A stretch of 64,000 nucleotides of DNA from a virus. Its lineage: Duplodnaviria; Heunggongvirae; Uroviricota; Caudoviricetes. Location: IMG/VR virus record IMGVR_UViG_3300037419_001521; one strand, given 5' to 3'. Below the pieces are notes generated by a model. It searched no databases, had not been told where the DNA came from, and saw only the letters and a program-made list of their open reading frames with translations. Shown one piece after another: positions 45,312 to 56,401 of this stretch. The first letter of the stretch is position 1. Each line of letters starts with the position of its first letter. A program made the translations under genes and the position numbers.

Positions 45312-45536
45312 GTGAACGACAGAACGAACTATTTCCGCAACGAAGAGTGGAATCCGATCGTCCTCAAAGCCGCGAAGGTTTTGTATCGCCGACTCCGGAT
45401 GAGCGACCCCGACGCCCCGAAGTGGGCTGATCTGAGTATCGATGCAGTCGATCACTACTGCATTGCCGCGCGTAACTGCATCGAAGCATTCCATTACGAA
45501 GCGGCGCGCAACGTCATCGTCTACGAAAGCTATTGA
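45312..45536 (+). CDS. hypothetical protein
   Basis: GAAGGGG RBS. GTG start. Confidence 0.4.
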   Translation: MNDRTNYFRNEEWNPIVLKAAKVLYRRLRMSDPDAPKWADLSIDAVDHYCIAARNCIEAFHYEAARNVIVYESY

Positions 45537-45545
45537 GGGTAGGTA

Positions 45546-47951
45546 GTGAGCGCCGAAGAACCCGGATACGGATCAGAAGCGGTTGATTACTGGCAGGCGG
45601 GTTTTCGGGGCGTGCTGCCGCTGCCATACGGAAAGAAGTTCCCGCCCCCGAAAGGATGGACCGGTTATGACGCGCCGTGGCCTTCGTTCCCGGATATTCA
45701 AGCGTGGGTCGAGGAACAGCCGGGCGGCAACCTGGGACTGCGTCTGCCGAATACGGTCGTAGGAATCGACGTAGACGGCTACAACGACAAGCGCGGCGGT
45801 CTCACCCTCGAATACGCCGAAACGCTCTGGGGGAAGCTGCCCGACACCGTTCGGTCTACGTCACGTATCGACGGCGTCTCCGGCATTCGGCTGTATCGCG
45901 TACCGGCGGGCACTGAACTCGAAACCGTCGTCGCATTCCCGGACAAGGGGCTGGCGGGAATCGAAGTCTGTCAGTTCTTCCACCGGTATGTCGTCGCATG
46001 GCCGAGCTACCACGAAGGAACGCAGCGCCGGTACCGGTGGATCGACACGCGCGGCAACGTCAGTAGCGACATCCCCCGGCCGAGCGAACTCCCCGAACTG
46101 CCCGCCGAGTGGATCGAAGGACTGCGCCGCAAATCTGCCGGGTCGGCAACGGTGTCCGCTGATGCGCTGAAGAACCTCGCCGCGCTGCCGGGTGGGGTCA
46201 TGTCGCCTGCGGTGGCGTCGGAGTTGGCTCGGGCTCAGCTTGCGCTCACGAGTGGGGCCGGGAGTCGGCATGACGTCGTTCTCGCTGCTGTCGGTGCGCT
46301 GTTCCGGCTGGCTGAGCGCGGCGGCGAGACCGGTATCCGCGAAGCGCTGGACAAGCTGGGGCACGCCTTCATTGCCGCAGTGACGAAAGACGGTTCGCGG
46401 ACGCGGGAAGAGGCGCAGCTCGAGTGGGATCGGATGGTGCGGGGTCAGCGTATCCACGACCTGATCGCATCCACTCCGTCTGTGCCGACCTTGTCGGATC
46501 TGCTGGGCAAGAAGACCACCGAACCCGACTGGATGAACAACCCGAAGATTTCGACTGTCGACTGGCGGCCGATCGGACCGACGTTCACCGCTGAGTACAA
46601 CCCGGCACTGAAGCCCGATCCGGCGACGATCCGAGCGAATCCAGATCACGCCGGGAAGACGATCCTGCACGACGTCACGGTCACGATCAACGGCCACCGA
46701 ATGCTTGACGAGTTCGATGCCGCGCTGATGGGTGAACCATTCGGAATTTCCGAACAGTTGGACGAGTTCGACGCTGCGTTGATGTACGGCGAGGTGCTGG
46801 ACGATATCGACGCAGCGGTGATGGCCGAACAGGAGGAAGAGGGCACCACCCAGTCGCGCACGTCGTGGGGTCTGGTCGACATGGCCGCGATCCTAGCCGG
46901 AGATCTGAAGCCGGAGGAGCCTACGGTGCTGCATCGCGCGGACGGCAAGGCGGTGTTCTACCGAGGGCGGGTCAATGCGGTGGTCGGTCCGCCCGAAGCG
47001 GGTAAGTCTTGGCTGACGTTCATGGCGTGCTCGGAGGAGATGCAAGGCCGCAACAGCATCCTGATCCTCGACTTCGAAGACACGCCGGAGAATGTCGCGC
47101 TGCGCTGCCTGGCGATCCGGTTGTCGGGTCAGGGTACGACGAAACAGATGTTGATCGATCACCTCGGGTATATCGCGCCGGACACGATGATGGGTGAAGC
47201 CGAACGCGATGAATTCTTTGCAGACCTCGACCGGCTCAATCCTACGGTGATTGTTGTCGATGGTGTGAACGCCGCGATGACGCTGCTCGGTTTGGAATTG
47301 GAGAAGAACAGGGATTGCACGCAGTTCTTTCAATTGATTCTCAAACCGTTGGCGCTCACCGGCGCGGCTGTCATTACTGTCGATCACGTCACTAAATCGC
47401 GGGAATCGCGCGGTAATTACGCTATCGGCGCGCAAGCCAAACGAGCTATGACAGACGGTGCGATGCTCGGAGTGGAAGCTGTCGAACAATTCGGACGCGG
47501 ACGCCTCGGTAAATTGGAAGTGTCGGTGTTGAAAGACAAACCCGGAGGGGTCCGGGCTATCGCGGAAAAGCGTGGAGACAAAGGGATCGATTATCTGGGT
47601 TCCGTTATTGTCGATGCCCGCAACGAAGGCGTTGTCGATATGCGTTTCGTATTCGAAGAAAATAAACCGGACGAACCGGAAACGATGACGAAAGGTGAAA
47701 AGGATCTCGTCGTCAAAATGATCGAAGTATCGAACAAGATGCAGCAATACGATCCGGACGGCAAGGGCCTGACCATCAACTCCATCGTGGACGTGTCGCG
47801 CGGCAGGAGGGTGGACGTCATCGCCGCGATCGACACTCTGGTCCGGACGCACCACCTCGAAGTCACCTCCGGGGCGCGCGGTTCCAAGATCCACCGACTG
47901 GTGCGCCCCTACCTCGGACCCGAACTGGATGCGCTTCTCGGTGACGACTAG
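45546..47951 (+). CDS. bifunctional primase-polymerase / RecA-fold (DnaB/KaiC-like) replicative helicase
   Basis: N-terminal PrimPol-like region (LPLPYGKKFPPPKGWTGY, GIDVDGY). C-terminal Walker A (GPPEAGKSW) and ILILDFEDT helicase core. Confidence 0.75.
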   Translation: MSAEEPGYGSEAVDYWQAGFRGVLPLPYGKKFPPPKGWTGYDAPWPSFPDIQAWVEEQPGGNLGLRLPNTVVGIDVDGYNDKRGGLTLEYAETLWGKLPDTVRSTSRIDGVSGIRLYRVPAGTELETVVAFPDKGLAGIEVCQFFHRYVVAWPSYHEGTQRRYRWIDTRGNVSSDIPRPSELPELPAEWIEGLRRKSAGSATVSADALKNLAALPGGVMSPAVASELARAQLALTSGAGSRHDVVLAAVGALFRLAERGGETGIREALDKLGHAFIAAVTKDGSRTREEAQLEWDRMVRGQRIHDLIASTPSVPTLSDLLGKKTTEPDWMNNPKISTVDWRPIGPTFTAEYNPALKPDPATIRANPDHAGKTILHDVTVTINGHRMLDEFDAALMGEPFGISEQLDEFDAALMYGEVLDDIDAAVMAEQEEEGTTQSRTSWGLVDMAAILAGDLKPEEPTVLHRADGKAVFYRGRVNAVVGPPEAGKSWLTFMACSEEMQGRNSILILDFEDTPENVALRCLAIRLSGQGTTKQMLIDHLGYIAPDTMMGEAERDEFFADLDRLNPTVIVVDGVNAAMTLLGLELEKNRDCTQFFQLILKPLALTGAAVITVDHVTKSRESRGNYAIGAQAKRAMTDGAMLGVEAVEQFGRGRLGKLEVSVLKDKPGGVRAIAEKRGDKGIDYLGSVIVDARNEGVVDMRFVFEENKPDEPETMTKGEKDLVVKMIEVSNKMQQYDPDGKGLTINSIVDVSRGRRVDVIAAIDTLVRTHHLEVTSGARGSKIHRLVRPYLGPELDALLGDD

Positions 47952-48030
47952 TTCCCCCTCCTTGAAGGAACCACTGATTCCCGACCGATTCCGACTAATT
48001 CCCGGAACCAATCGAACTTCCCCCCGCTGT

Positions 48031-48085
48031 GGTTCCCCACACCCCCACCCCGCCCCTTTATAAAGGGGTCGGGGGGGTGGGAACC
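48031..48085 (+). terminator. long GC-rich palindrome centred on TTTATAAA (terminator or other site)
   Basis: GGTTCCCCACACCCCCACCCCGCCCCTTTATAAAGGGGTCGGGGGGGTGGGAACC. Confidence 0.45.
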
Positions 48086-48499
48086 GCTCGGGGTTCCGCG
48101 CGAGGAACTGACGCTGAAAAGAAAAAAGACCGAGAACCAGTCGAAGAGGCGCTGGGTGACACCGTTCGGCGCTCAAGCCAGGCCGCAGGTCGGTCACTGT
48201 CGCGACTGCAAGCGAACAGTGCTGACGGCGCGCTATGATGCCCAGCCCCGCCACTTCGATCCCCAGCCGTTGTCAAGTGAAGGCGAACTCGTCGCGCTGC
48301 TTCTAGGCTTGAAGACATGGTGGATCTTCGACTCGTACATCTACAAACGCAACGCCGAAGCGATTAAAAGCAGTCCGACAGGACGAGGCGGAATTATTCT
48401 CCGGGACCACAATTGCTCACTCCCGCAACCGCAGGGGTCGGCGACAAACTTCCGGATCAGAAATTACGACAGCGAGGACCCCGGATTTTGAGAACCAAT

Positions 48500-48745
48500 A
48501 TGATCGATTACTACCGCGCTGGCAATGACGCCCCCCGCATCGCGAAGGCAATCAAAGTCCTGGAAGATATCACGCCCGGTGAATTGTTCGGTTCGAAGTC
48601 TCTGCGAGAGCACATCATGATGCGGAGCGATCTCGCCGACCGGACGGTTCAGAATCTGATTTACGACGCCACGCATTGCGAAAGCCCGATCCTGCGAAAA
48701 ATCGGAAACGGACGCCAGACTCGGTACGCGAGGATCAAGGATTGA
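48500..48745 (+). CDS. small HTH protein
   Basis: LREHIMMRSDLADRTVQNLIYD is a helix-turn-helix-like segment. Confidence 0.4.
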   Translation: MIDYYRAGNDAPRIAKAIKVLEDITPGELFGSKSLREHIMMRSDLADRTVQNLIYDATHCESPILRKIGNGRQTRYARIKD

Positions 48746-49194
48746 CCGACAAACCGAAATGCCCCGTCTGCATCGAACAGCGTGGCGCTTGTTTCCGGAA
48801 GTGCGAGTATCCGGACAACTACTGCCGGGAACATCACTTCGAACGTGAACGCGCAAAGAAGACCAAGCGCCACCGCTCGACCGTCGAAAAAAAGTACAAC
48901 CTCCCGCCCGGCGGTTACGACGCCATCAAAGAATCCCAAGACGGGAAATGCTACATCTGCCGCCGCGCGACCGGTAAATCGAAAAACCTCGCCGTCGAGC
49001 ACGACCACGCGTGTTGCGATCGTCAGGGTTCGTGCGGCGAATGTGTCCGGTGCCTGGCGTGCGCGTCGTGTAATCGCGGAGTCCTCGGCCATCTACGCGA
49101 CGACGTCGAAGCTTTGAAACGCGCGATCGACGTGATCGAACTCCGGCCCGCTCAGGAAGTGCTCAACGAAATGCGAAACCGAGATGCAGCATGA
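48742..49194 (+). CDS. endonuclease VII-like Holliday junction resolvase
   Basis: CYICRR...LAVEHDHACCD...CVRCLACASCNRGVLG matches the Endonuclease_7 Zn/His-Me motif. Start uncertain (TTG). Confidence 0.6.
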   Translation: MTDKPKCPVCIEQRGACFRKCEYPDNYCREHHFERERAKKTKRHRSTVEKKYNLPPGGYDAIKESQDGKCYICRRATGKSKNLAVEHDHACCDRQGSCGECVRCLACASCNRGVLGHLRDDVEALKRAIDVIELRPAQEVLNEMRNRDAA

Positions 49195-49331
49195 CGACGA
49201 AACGAGACGCAATCTCTCTCGCTGTCGCCTGGTCGAATATCGAATGGAAGCGATGCAGCATCGACGTCGACCTGTTTCTCATCAAGTTGCAGGAGCAGGG
49301 GTACGAGGTCGTCGAATTGGACGAATCGTGA
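49191..49331 (+). CDS. small hypothetical protein
   Basis: ATGA overlap. Confidence 0.3.
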   Translation: MTTKRDAISLAVAWSNIEWKRCSIDVDLFLIKLQEQGYEVVELDES

Positions 49332-49642
49332 AATCCCCGCTCAAAGGCGCGCACGGCTGGCTGATCGTCCTCGGTGCCGTCGCCGCGATCGACCTGCTGG
49401 CCCAGGAAGGCCAAACCCTGAGCGAAGCGCTGCACGCCGGACGCCGCCGCCACCCGGTGATCGTCACGACCGCTGTGCTGGCGACCGCGTACCACCTCCT
49501 GCTCGGCGACCACCCCACCCTCGGCCGCTTCGATTCGTTCCGGCTGCGGTTCCCGATGTTCAAAATTCTGCGCCGCTTCCACCCCGTACCCCCACCTACC
49601 CCCTACCCGACGCCTGTTCGTCCGTCAGAGAGCCACCCGTGA
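49328..49642 (+). CDS. hypothetical membrane protein
   Basis: GTGA overlap. Hydrophobic N-terminus and Pro-rich C-terminus. Confidence 0.4.
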   Translation: MKSPLKGAHGWLIVLGAVAAIDLLAQEGQTLSEALHAGRRRHPVIVTTAVLATAYHLLLGDHPTLGRFDSFRLRFPMFKILRRFHPVPPPTPYPTPVRPSESHP

Positions 49643-49923
49643 ACCAGAAAACCGCACCCCTGAAGTCGGGCGAGTGGTCGGTCGGATGCTGCGGCGGCCG
49701 TTTCACCGGTCTGCGCACCGCGCACTGCACTGTCTGCCACCAAACCTGGACCTCCCCCGCCGGGTTCGACCGCCACCGCCGCTACGGCAAATGCCTGACC
49801 CCCGACACGATGCGCGACAAAGCCGGATACCTCAACTGGCACAACGTCTTTCAGGACGCCGGACGCAACTATCCCTGCTGGTCTTTCACCGGCGACGGAC
49901 GATTCACCGAGGACGACGAATGA
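49639..49923 (+). CDS. zinc-finger protein
   Basis: CCGG...CTVCH...C motifs. Confidence 0.4.
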   Translation: MNQKTAPLKSGEWSVGCCGGRFTGLRTAHCTVCHQTWTSPAGFDRHRRYGKCLTPDTMRDKAGYLNWHNVFQDAGRNYPCWSFTGDGRFTEDDE

Positions 49924-50090
49924 ACCGCAGCGAAGCCATCGACCGCGTATACGGCTACCTCAATGAGATCGAAGGTGAATGGGGTCCGTTCGACACCCCT
50001 GTCGAGGTAGAGGCGATCGAAGTCCTGACCGCTCTCGGTGTCACCCGCGACGAATTGATTGCCCATAATCTTATCCGCGAAAGCGAATGA
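49920..50090 (+). CDS. small hypothetical protein
   Basis: ATGA overlap. Confidence 0.35.
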   Translation: MNRSEAIDRVYGYLNEIEGEWGPFDTPVEVEAIEVLTALGVTRDELIAHNLIRESE

Positions 50091-50459
50091 ATGAAGATCG
50101 TCAGTAAAGCCGAACTGGTAAAAATGCCGAAAGGCACGCTGTTCGCCGATTTCCGCGAAGATGCCGACAGAATGTGGACGAAAGGTCCGGAATTCATTCT
50201 GCATTCGCCGGTTTTCTTCCGCGACGGCGAAGAGCCGCAGGACTTCTTTTACGCCAGTATCGACACTCCAGATCACGACGACCTCTGGGAACTGGTCGGC
50301 AATTGCGACGACATGGTTCGGACCGGCAAGTCGTATCCGGTCGATCTGGTGGTTGCGCGCGAAGGGCTCTACGACCCGAACACTCGCTACATCGTGTGGG
50401 AGCCCGACGACGTCGCGCGGATCATCAACCTCCTGCAAGGCGGGGACGAGGATGACTGA
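50091..50459 (+). CDS. hypothetical protein
   Basis: 122 aa. Confidence 0.45.
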   Translation: MKIVSKAELVKMPKGTLFADFREDADRMWTKGPEFILHSPVFFRDGEEPQDFFYASIDTPDHDDLWELVGNCDDMVRTGKSYPVDLVVAREGLYDPNTRYIVWEPDDVARIINLLQGGDEDD

Positions 50460-50575
50460 CGACGATAGCGTGCTCGAATCCCGCATCCCCATCTTGAATC
50501 CGTGGGCGAAGGTCGCCGTCGTGGCGTTGCACTCGCATATCGCTGACGAACCGTGCGACGACAACTGCTCCGTCT

Positions 50576-50589
<14 letters not shown>
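50452..50589 (+). CDS. small hypothetical protein
   Basis: Overlaps the upstream gene by 8 nt. Confidence 0.3.
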
Positions 50590-52200
<1,611 letters not shown>

Positions 52201-52204
<4 letters not shown>

Positions 52205-52374
52205 TGTCGAAATGCAGTAGCGACCGGCAGAAGATTCGGTATCGCAGTGAACTGGACGCGAAGATCGCATTGTGGTCGACCAGCCGCCGCGACCGAGACG
52301 AGTGCCGGTACTACCGCTGCCCGCGCTGCGGCGGATTCCACCTGACCTCCCAATCGAGAGGAAATCGCCGCTGA
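52201..52374 (+). CDS. zinc-ribbon protein (57 aa)
   Basis: CRYYRCPRCG motif. Confidence 0.35.
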
Positions 52375-52679
52375 TGGTGTGGATCAGCAGGACCGGCCCG
52401 GCACCAGCACGCCCGCACTTGCACAACTGCCGACAACCGACCGCACATCAACGCTGGGGAGGGCCGCAGCCGGACGGATGTATCGGGGATGTCTGGATGT
52501 GCGACGACTGCGGCCGGGTCTGGAAGATCAAATACCTGATCGGTGGCCAGACCCACTGGAGCGAAGTCGGCCCGTTGCTCAGCGCCTGGTACCGACGGAT
52601 CGCGAAAAGCAAGGGATTGCAGTTACCTCCACCACCGCCGCCTCCACCGCCACCTCTCGAAGGCCAGGGTGCACGTTGA
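52374..52679 (+). CDS. hypothetical protein with poly-Pro tract
   Basis: PPPPPPPPPPPP near the C-terminus. CDDCG zinc motif. Confidence 0.4.
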   Translation: MVWISRTGPAPARPHLHNCRQPTAHQRWGGPQPDGCIGDVWMCDDCGRVWKIKYLIGGQTHWSEVGPLLSAWYRRIAKSKGLQLPPPPPPPPPPLEGQGAR

Positions 52680-52695
52680 TCGAAAGGAAAGAATT

Positions 52696-53049
52696 ATGAA
52701 CACCGAAGTCGCCGCGCGGATCATAGAAGCTATCGAAACCAATCCGGAACAGCACGATCAGGCTTATTGGCGGAAGCGGACGGCATGCGGAACGACGATG
52801 TGTATCGCTGGCTGGACGTGCTACCTCAACGGCGATGAATTTGTTCCGTATCAAGATTCTCGGTTTTCCTTCGAGGTGAGGACCAAGGATGGCTCGGAGA
52901 TGTCGATAGCTGCACGTGCGGCAGATCTGCTCGGCCTCAGCGAAGACGTCAATATCGATCAGCTGTTCTGGGAGGACGACGACACAGTCGCGCTGAACCG
53001 GTTGCGGCGCATCGCCGAAGGTGACCCGAAGTGGTGGACGGCCGAATGA
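52696..53049 (+). CDS. hypothetical protein
   Basis: AGGAAAGAATT RBS. Confidence 0.45.
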   Translation: MNTEVAARIIEAIETNPEQHDQAYWRKRTACGTTMCIAGWTCYLNGDEFVPYQDSRFSFEVRTKDGSEMSIAARAADLLGLSEDVNIDQLFWEDDDTVALNRLRRIAEGDPKWWTAE

Positions 53050-53219
53050 CCCCCGATGAGTTGATCGACAACATGATCGACAAGTGGCACGACGGCGGGG
53101 GCCTCGGGGTGACCTTGCCGGAATACCTCCGCATGACCGACGCGCAGTACGCCCGCTGGGTGATGTCGAAGATGCCGGAGGAAGAGCTGGCCGAGTGGGC
53201 GAAAGGGTGGGATGTGTGA
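53046..53219 (+). CDS. small hypothetical protein
   Basis: ATGA overlap. Confidence 0.35.
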   Translation: MTPDELIDNMIDKWHDGGGLGVTLPEYLRMTDAQYARWVMSKMPEEELAEWAKGWDV

Positions 53220-53773
53220 CCGTTCAGCGCTGCGCTGCGTGTGGCAATCCGGTGTTCCCTCATCCGTACCGGCACCCGATCGTTGTCAGTAGCGGCGGGG
53301 ATACTGCTCGGATGGAACCACTGCAAATCAAACTGACCGGTCGACAGGCCAATGAACTGACGGACCGGATCATCGACATTCTCGGCCAAGACGTCTCGCT
53401 GTGGTTGCACGAGCCGCAGAACACCGACACCCCGCAGGGCAAGATGCATCCGTGCGAGATCGGGCACCTCGCGAACGCGATCATCGCCGCCATCCTCGAG
53501 CCTATCGACCCGCCCGATCCGGAGCAGTGCCTCAAAGAAGCGGTCACCCATCGCGAAACCTACGAAGCGCTGAGGACTCTGGTCGGCAATGTCGACAGCG
53601 AGGAACGCCGGGAAACGTGCGCGGTCTGCTACGACCCTCTCGGCGACGGCGAGGAGATCACCGACTGCCACGGCAAGAATTGGCCGATCCATCGAGGAGC
53701 CTGCGCCCAGCACGCCGGGGTGCCCGACGACGGATTCGAGCCCGGCCCATACCGACTCGGAAGGACAGAATGA
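53216..53773 (+). CDS. hypothetical Cys-containing protein
   Basis: GTGA overlap. CAACG...CAVC...C motifs. Confidence 0.4.
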   Translation: MTVQRCAACGNPVFPHPYRHPIVVSSGGDTARMEPLQIKLTGRQANELTDRIIDILGQDVSLWLHEPQNTDTPQGKMHPCEIGHLANAIIAAILEPIDPPDPEQCLKEAVTHRETYEALRTLVGNVDSEERRETCAVCYDPLGDGEEITDCHGKNWPIHRGACAQHAGVPDDGFEPGPYRLGRTE

Positions 53774-54015
53774 AAGTCAAATCGATCGACCTGGACGACA
53801 ACGGCTACCCCGAAACGGTGACAGTCGTGATGACCCGAAAGGAAGCGCAGCTCATCGCGAAGTGGACGGGCAGCAATTCCCCGTTGACGACCGATGAATT
53901 CCTGCCGGGGCATGGTCGCGCCGGTTCGGCTATCTATTACGCGCTGAGTCGCTGCGTGTTTCATCCGTTCTGGGCGGACGGCGTGGATGACGCGATTGCG
54001 GGCTGCGAGGATTGA
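53770..54015 (+). CDS. hypothetical protein
   Basis: ATGA overlap. Confidence 0.4.
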   Translation: MKVKSIDLDDNGYPETVTVVMTRKEAQLIAKWTGSNSPLTTDEFLPGHGRAGSAIYYALSRCVFHPFWADGVDDAIAGCED

Positions 54016-54359
54016 AGCTTTTCGTCGATGACGAGCGTCCGGCCCCTGCTGGCTGGATCTGCGCCGTAACGAGTTTCGAGGCGATCGAACTCCTGCGCAG
54101 CCATCGCGACTCCGGCGACACCCTCGAAGCCCTGTCGCTGGATCACGATCTCGGCACCCGCATGGAGACCTACGAAGACGAGACCACCCGGCCGATCATG
54201 TTGTGGATGTGCGAGCACGACTTCTGGCCGACCGAATTGTACATCCACACCGCGAACCCATGCGGTCAGGAATGGCTCGTCGGCATGGCGCTTCGATACG
54301 CCCCGGCGGGCACCCTTCGCGGATACGGCCCCAACTACTGGGGCACCTGCGTCGAGTGA
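54012..54359 (+). CDS. hypothetical protein
   Basis: TTG start overlapping the upstream stop. 115 aa. Confidence 0.35.
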   Translation: MKLFVDDERPAPAGWICAVTSFEAIELLRSHRDSGDTLEALSLDHDLGTRMETYEDETTRPIMLWMCEHDFWPTELYIHTANPCGQEWLVGMALRYAPAGTLRGYGPNYWGTCVE

Positions 54360-54422
54360 CCGTAGCTACCTGACAGCTACCACTTCGCCTCTTGTAATTC
54401 TCATCCCGGAGTCCGGAGAGTC

Positions 54423-54602
54423 ATGTCCGACAAGTTCCTAACCCGAGCGCAAGTTGCCGAAAGGCTTGATCTCGCACCAAAAACCCTTGCCAACTGGGCA
54501 TCTGCTGGCAAGGGGCCGAGGTGCATTCGCCTCGCTGGCGGTGCCGTCCGGTATCCGCGCGAGGAGTACGAAGCCTGGGAGCAGCAGCAGCTCACCGCAT
54601 AA
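54423..54602 (+). CDS. xis: excisionase-like HTH protein (59 aa)
   Basis: MSDKFLTRAQVAERLDLAPKTLANWASAGKGP is a MerR/Xis-type HTH. Lies directly upstream of int. Confidence 0.6.
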   Translation: MSDKFLTRAQVAERLDLAPKTLANWASAGKGPRCIRLAGGAVRYPREEYEAWEQQQLTA

Positions 54603-54616
54603 GAAAGAGATCCGCA

Positions 54617-55723
54617 ATGGCAAGCGTCTGGATTCAGCCGAAAAACGGAAAATACCTGGTCCGCTGGTATGTCGACGACCCGAAGGCCGAGAAGTCGGAG
54701 ACCTTCACCAAGCTGGGGAATACGAAGACTCCCGGCACGGCGAAGTACCGCCAGCGCGAGCTGGAAGAACAGCTAGCCAAGGGGACGTACGTCGACCCAA
54801 AGCTCGGAAAGCAGAAACTTGGTGCGGTCGTTGACAAGTGGGCGGCTCGCGCCAACGTCGAGAGCACCGAGGATATTCGCCAGTCATTCCGCAATGACCT
54901 CGGCGACTTGGCTGGAATGGCCGTTGATGACATCCGGGCTCCACATGTGCGCGACTGGCTTGATGTTCTGCGCAACGGCCGTCCATGGGCCGGAGGAACG
55001 GCTCTCGCTCCCGGCACGGTGAAGCGCCGCCTCGACATGCTGAAAACCGTGCTCAACCAGCTGGTTTCCGATGAAGTCCTGGTGAAGAATCACGCGGCGA
55101 ACGTGAAGGCCCCGCCGGTCAGTTCGGTTGTGCTGCCGGAAGATTTGATGACCCTCTCCGACGCCCAGATCATCCTCAAGGAGGCCCGCGACAGCCGACT
55201 GAGGGCGATGTGCTCGGTGTCGATGAAATGCGGTCTACGGCCCGCTGAGGTGGCAGGACTACGCGTCCGGGACATCCTGGTCGACGCGTGCTCTATCGCG
55301 GTCATGCAGCAGATCACCCGCAGGCGAGTGGCGACAAGCGTACTGAAGACGGAGACGTCGCGTCGAATCATTGCAGCACCGGCCGATCTCATCGCCGATC
55401 TCACGCCGTTCATGCAGGGCAAAGGGCTCGACGATCTGCTGTTCACTACCGCGAACAACCGGCCGTACAGCAGCAAGGATCTCGGCGATTGGCTCGCCCG
55501 CCGGACGGTCAGTGCGGGGCTGCCGCGTCAGTTCACCTGGAAGGACTTCCGGCACTTCTACGCGTCCTGCCTGATCTTTCAGGGGATCAACGTGAAGACC
55601 GTGCAGAAGAGCATGGGACACGCCTCGGCTTCGATCACTCTGAACGTTTACACGCACCTGTGGCCGAACCAGGAAGCGGCGGTCAGGAGCGCGGTCGAGG
55701 ACATCTGGGGCTTGGCAGCCTAA
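54617..55723 (+). CDS. int: tyrosine integrase
   Basis: SAM-like N-domain. Catalytic C-domain with R...HxxR...Y (FRHFYASCL...LNVYTHL). AAGAAAGAG RBS. Confidence 0.85.
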   Translation: MASVWIQPKNGKYLVRWYVDDPKAEKSETFTKLGNTKTPGTAKYRQRELEEQLAKGTYVDPKLGKQKLGAVVDKWAARANVESTEDIRQSFRNDLGDLAGMAVDDIRAPHVRDWLDVLRNGRPWAGGTALAPGTVKRRLDMLKTVLNQLVSDEVLVKNHAANVKAPPVSSVVLPEDLMTLSDAQIILKEARDSRLRAMCSVSMKCGLRPAEVAGLRVRDILVDACSIAVMQQITRRRVATSVLKTETSRRIIAAPADLIADLTPFMQGKGLDDLLFTTANNRPYSSKDLGDWLARRTVSAGLPRQFTWKDFRHFYASCLIFQGINVKTVQKSMGHASASITLNVYTHLWPNQEAAVRSAVEDIWGLAA

Positions 55724-55732
55724 CCCCCTGGG

Positions 55733-56018
55733 GGTATATCCCGGAACAGCCGCTACCACTGGTGAGTTCCGGGATATCTCCGGGATGAGCGGCTCGGAAT
55801 TGGACATATCGGAACGCTGAATCCCTCTGACCTGCATGTTCGCTAGATTTCGGGTCACTTGCGCTTGCTCTTACCCACGAACGCAGAACCTACCAGATTG
55901 GGGTCCCGATCTCCTGCCTGACCTGCATTTTTGCCCCTCCCCCGAGTTCCCGGCATCTCCCCGGCATGACCTGGGCTTCCTCGTCTGTTCCGGGAAATCT
56001 CCGGGATCTCCGGTATAC
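55733..56018. other. putative attP region with arm-type integrase-binding repeats
   Basis: Four copies of GTTCCGGGA(T/A)ATCTCCGGGAT-like sites at 55733-47 (inverted), 55766-86, 55945-67 and 55987-56018. They flank a central region containing an 11-bp direct repeat CTGACCTGCAT (55827-37 and 55918-28). Confidence 0.55.
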
Positions 56019-56401
56019 GGTACGGGGGTATTTTGTGGATGTCAGGGCCGTCTCGGGAGGGGCCGGGAAGTGCCAGGATAAGGGACAGTTTCGACCTCTA
56101 CGTCCCACGCGGAACTACCTTCGCCGCCGCTGTCGCGGTGTTGAGTCAGATCCTATGCCCCGAGGGCCGTATCGGCGTGTCGCAACATGACACACCGGTG
56201 AATTTTTCCGCCCAGCAATCGGGCAGTTACGAGACACGCCGATACGGGGCGACACGCCGCTAATGACCAGGGGTTTTCCGGAACCGACTTGACGGGGCTA
56301 CTGTCGACCGGGCGTACTGCAATCAGCCCGAGAGGGTGCCAACCAAATAAAGAGCCCCCCACCGGATGTAGCGATCCAGTGAGGGGCGGAAACCAGGAAG
56401 A

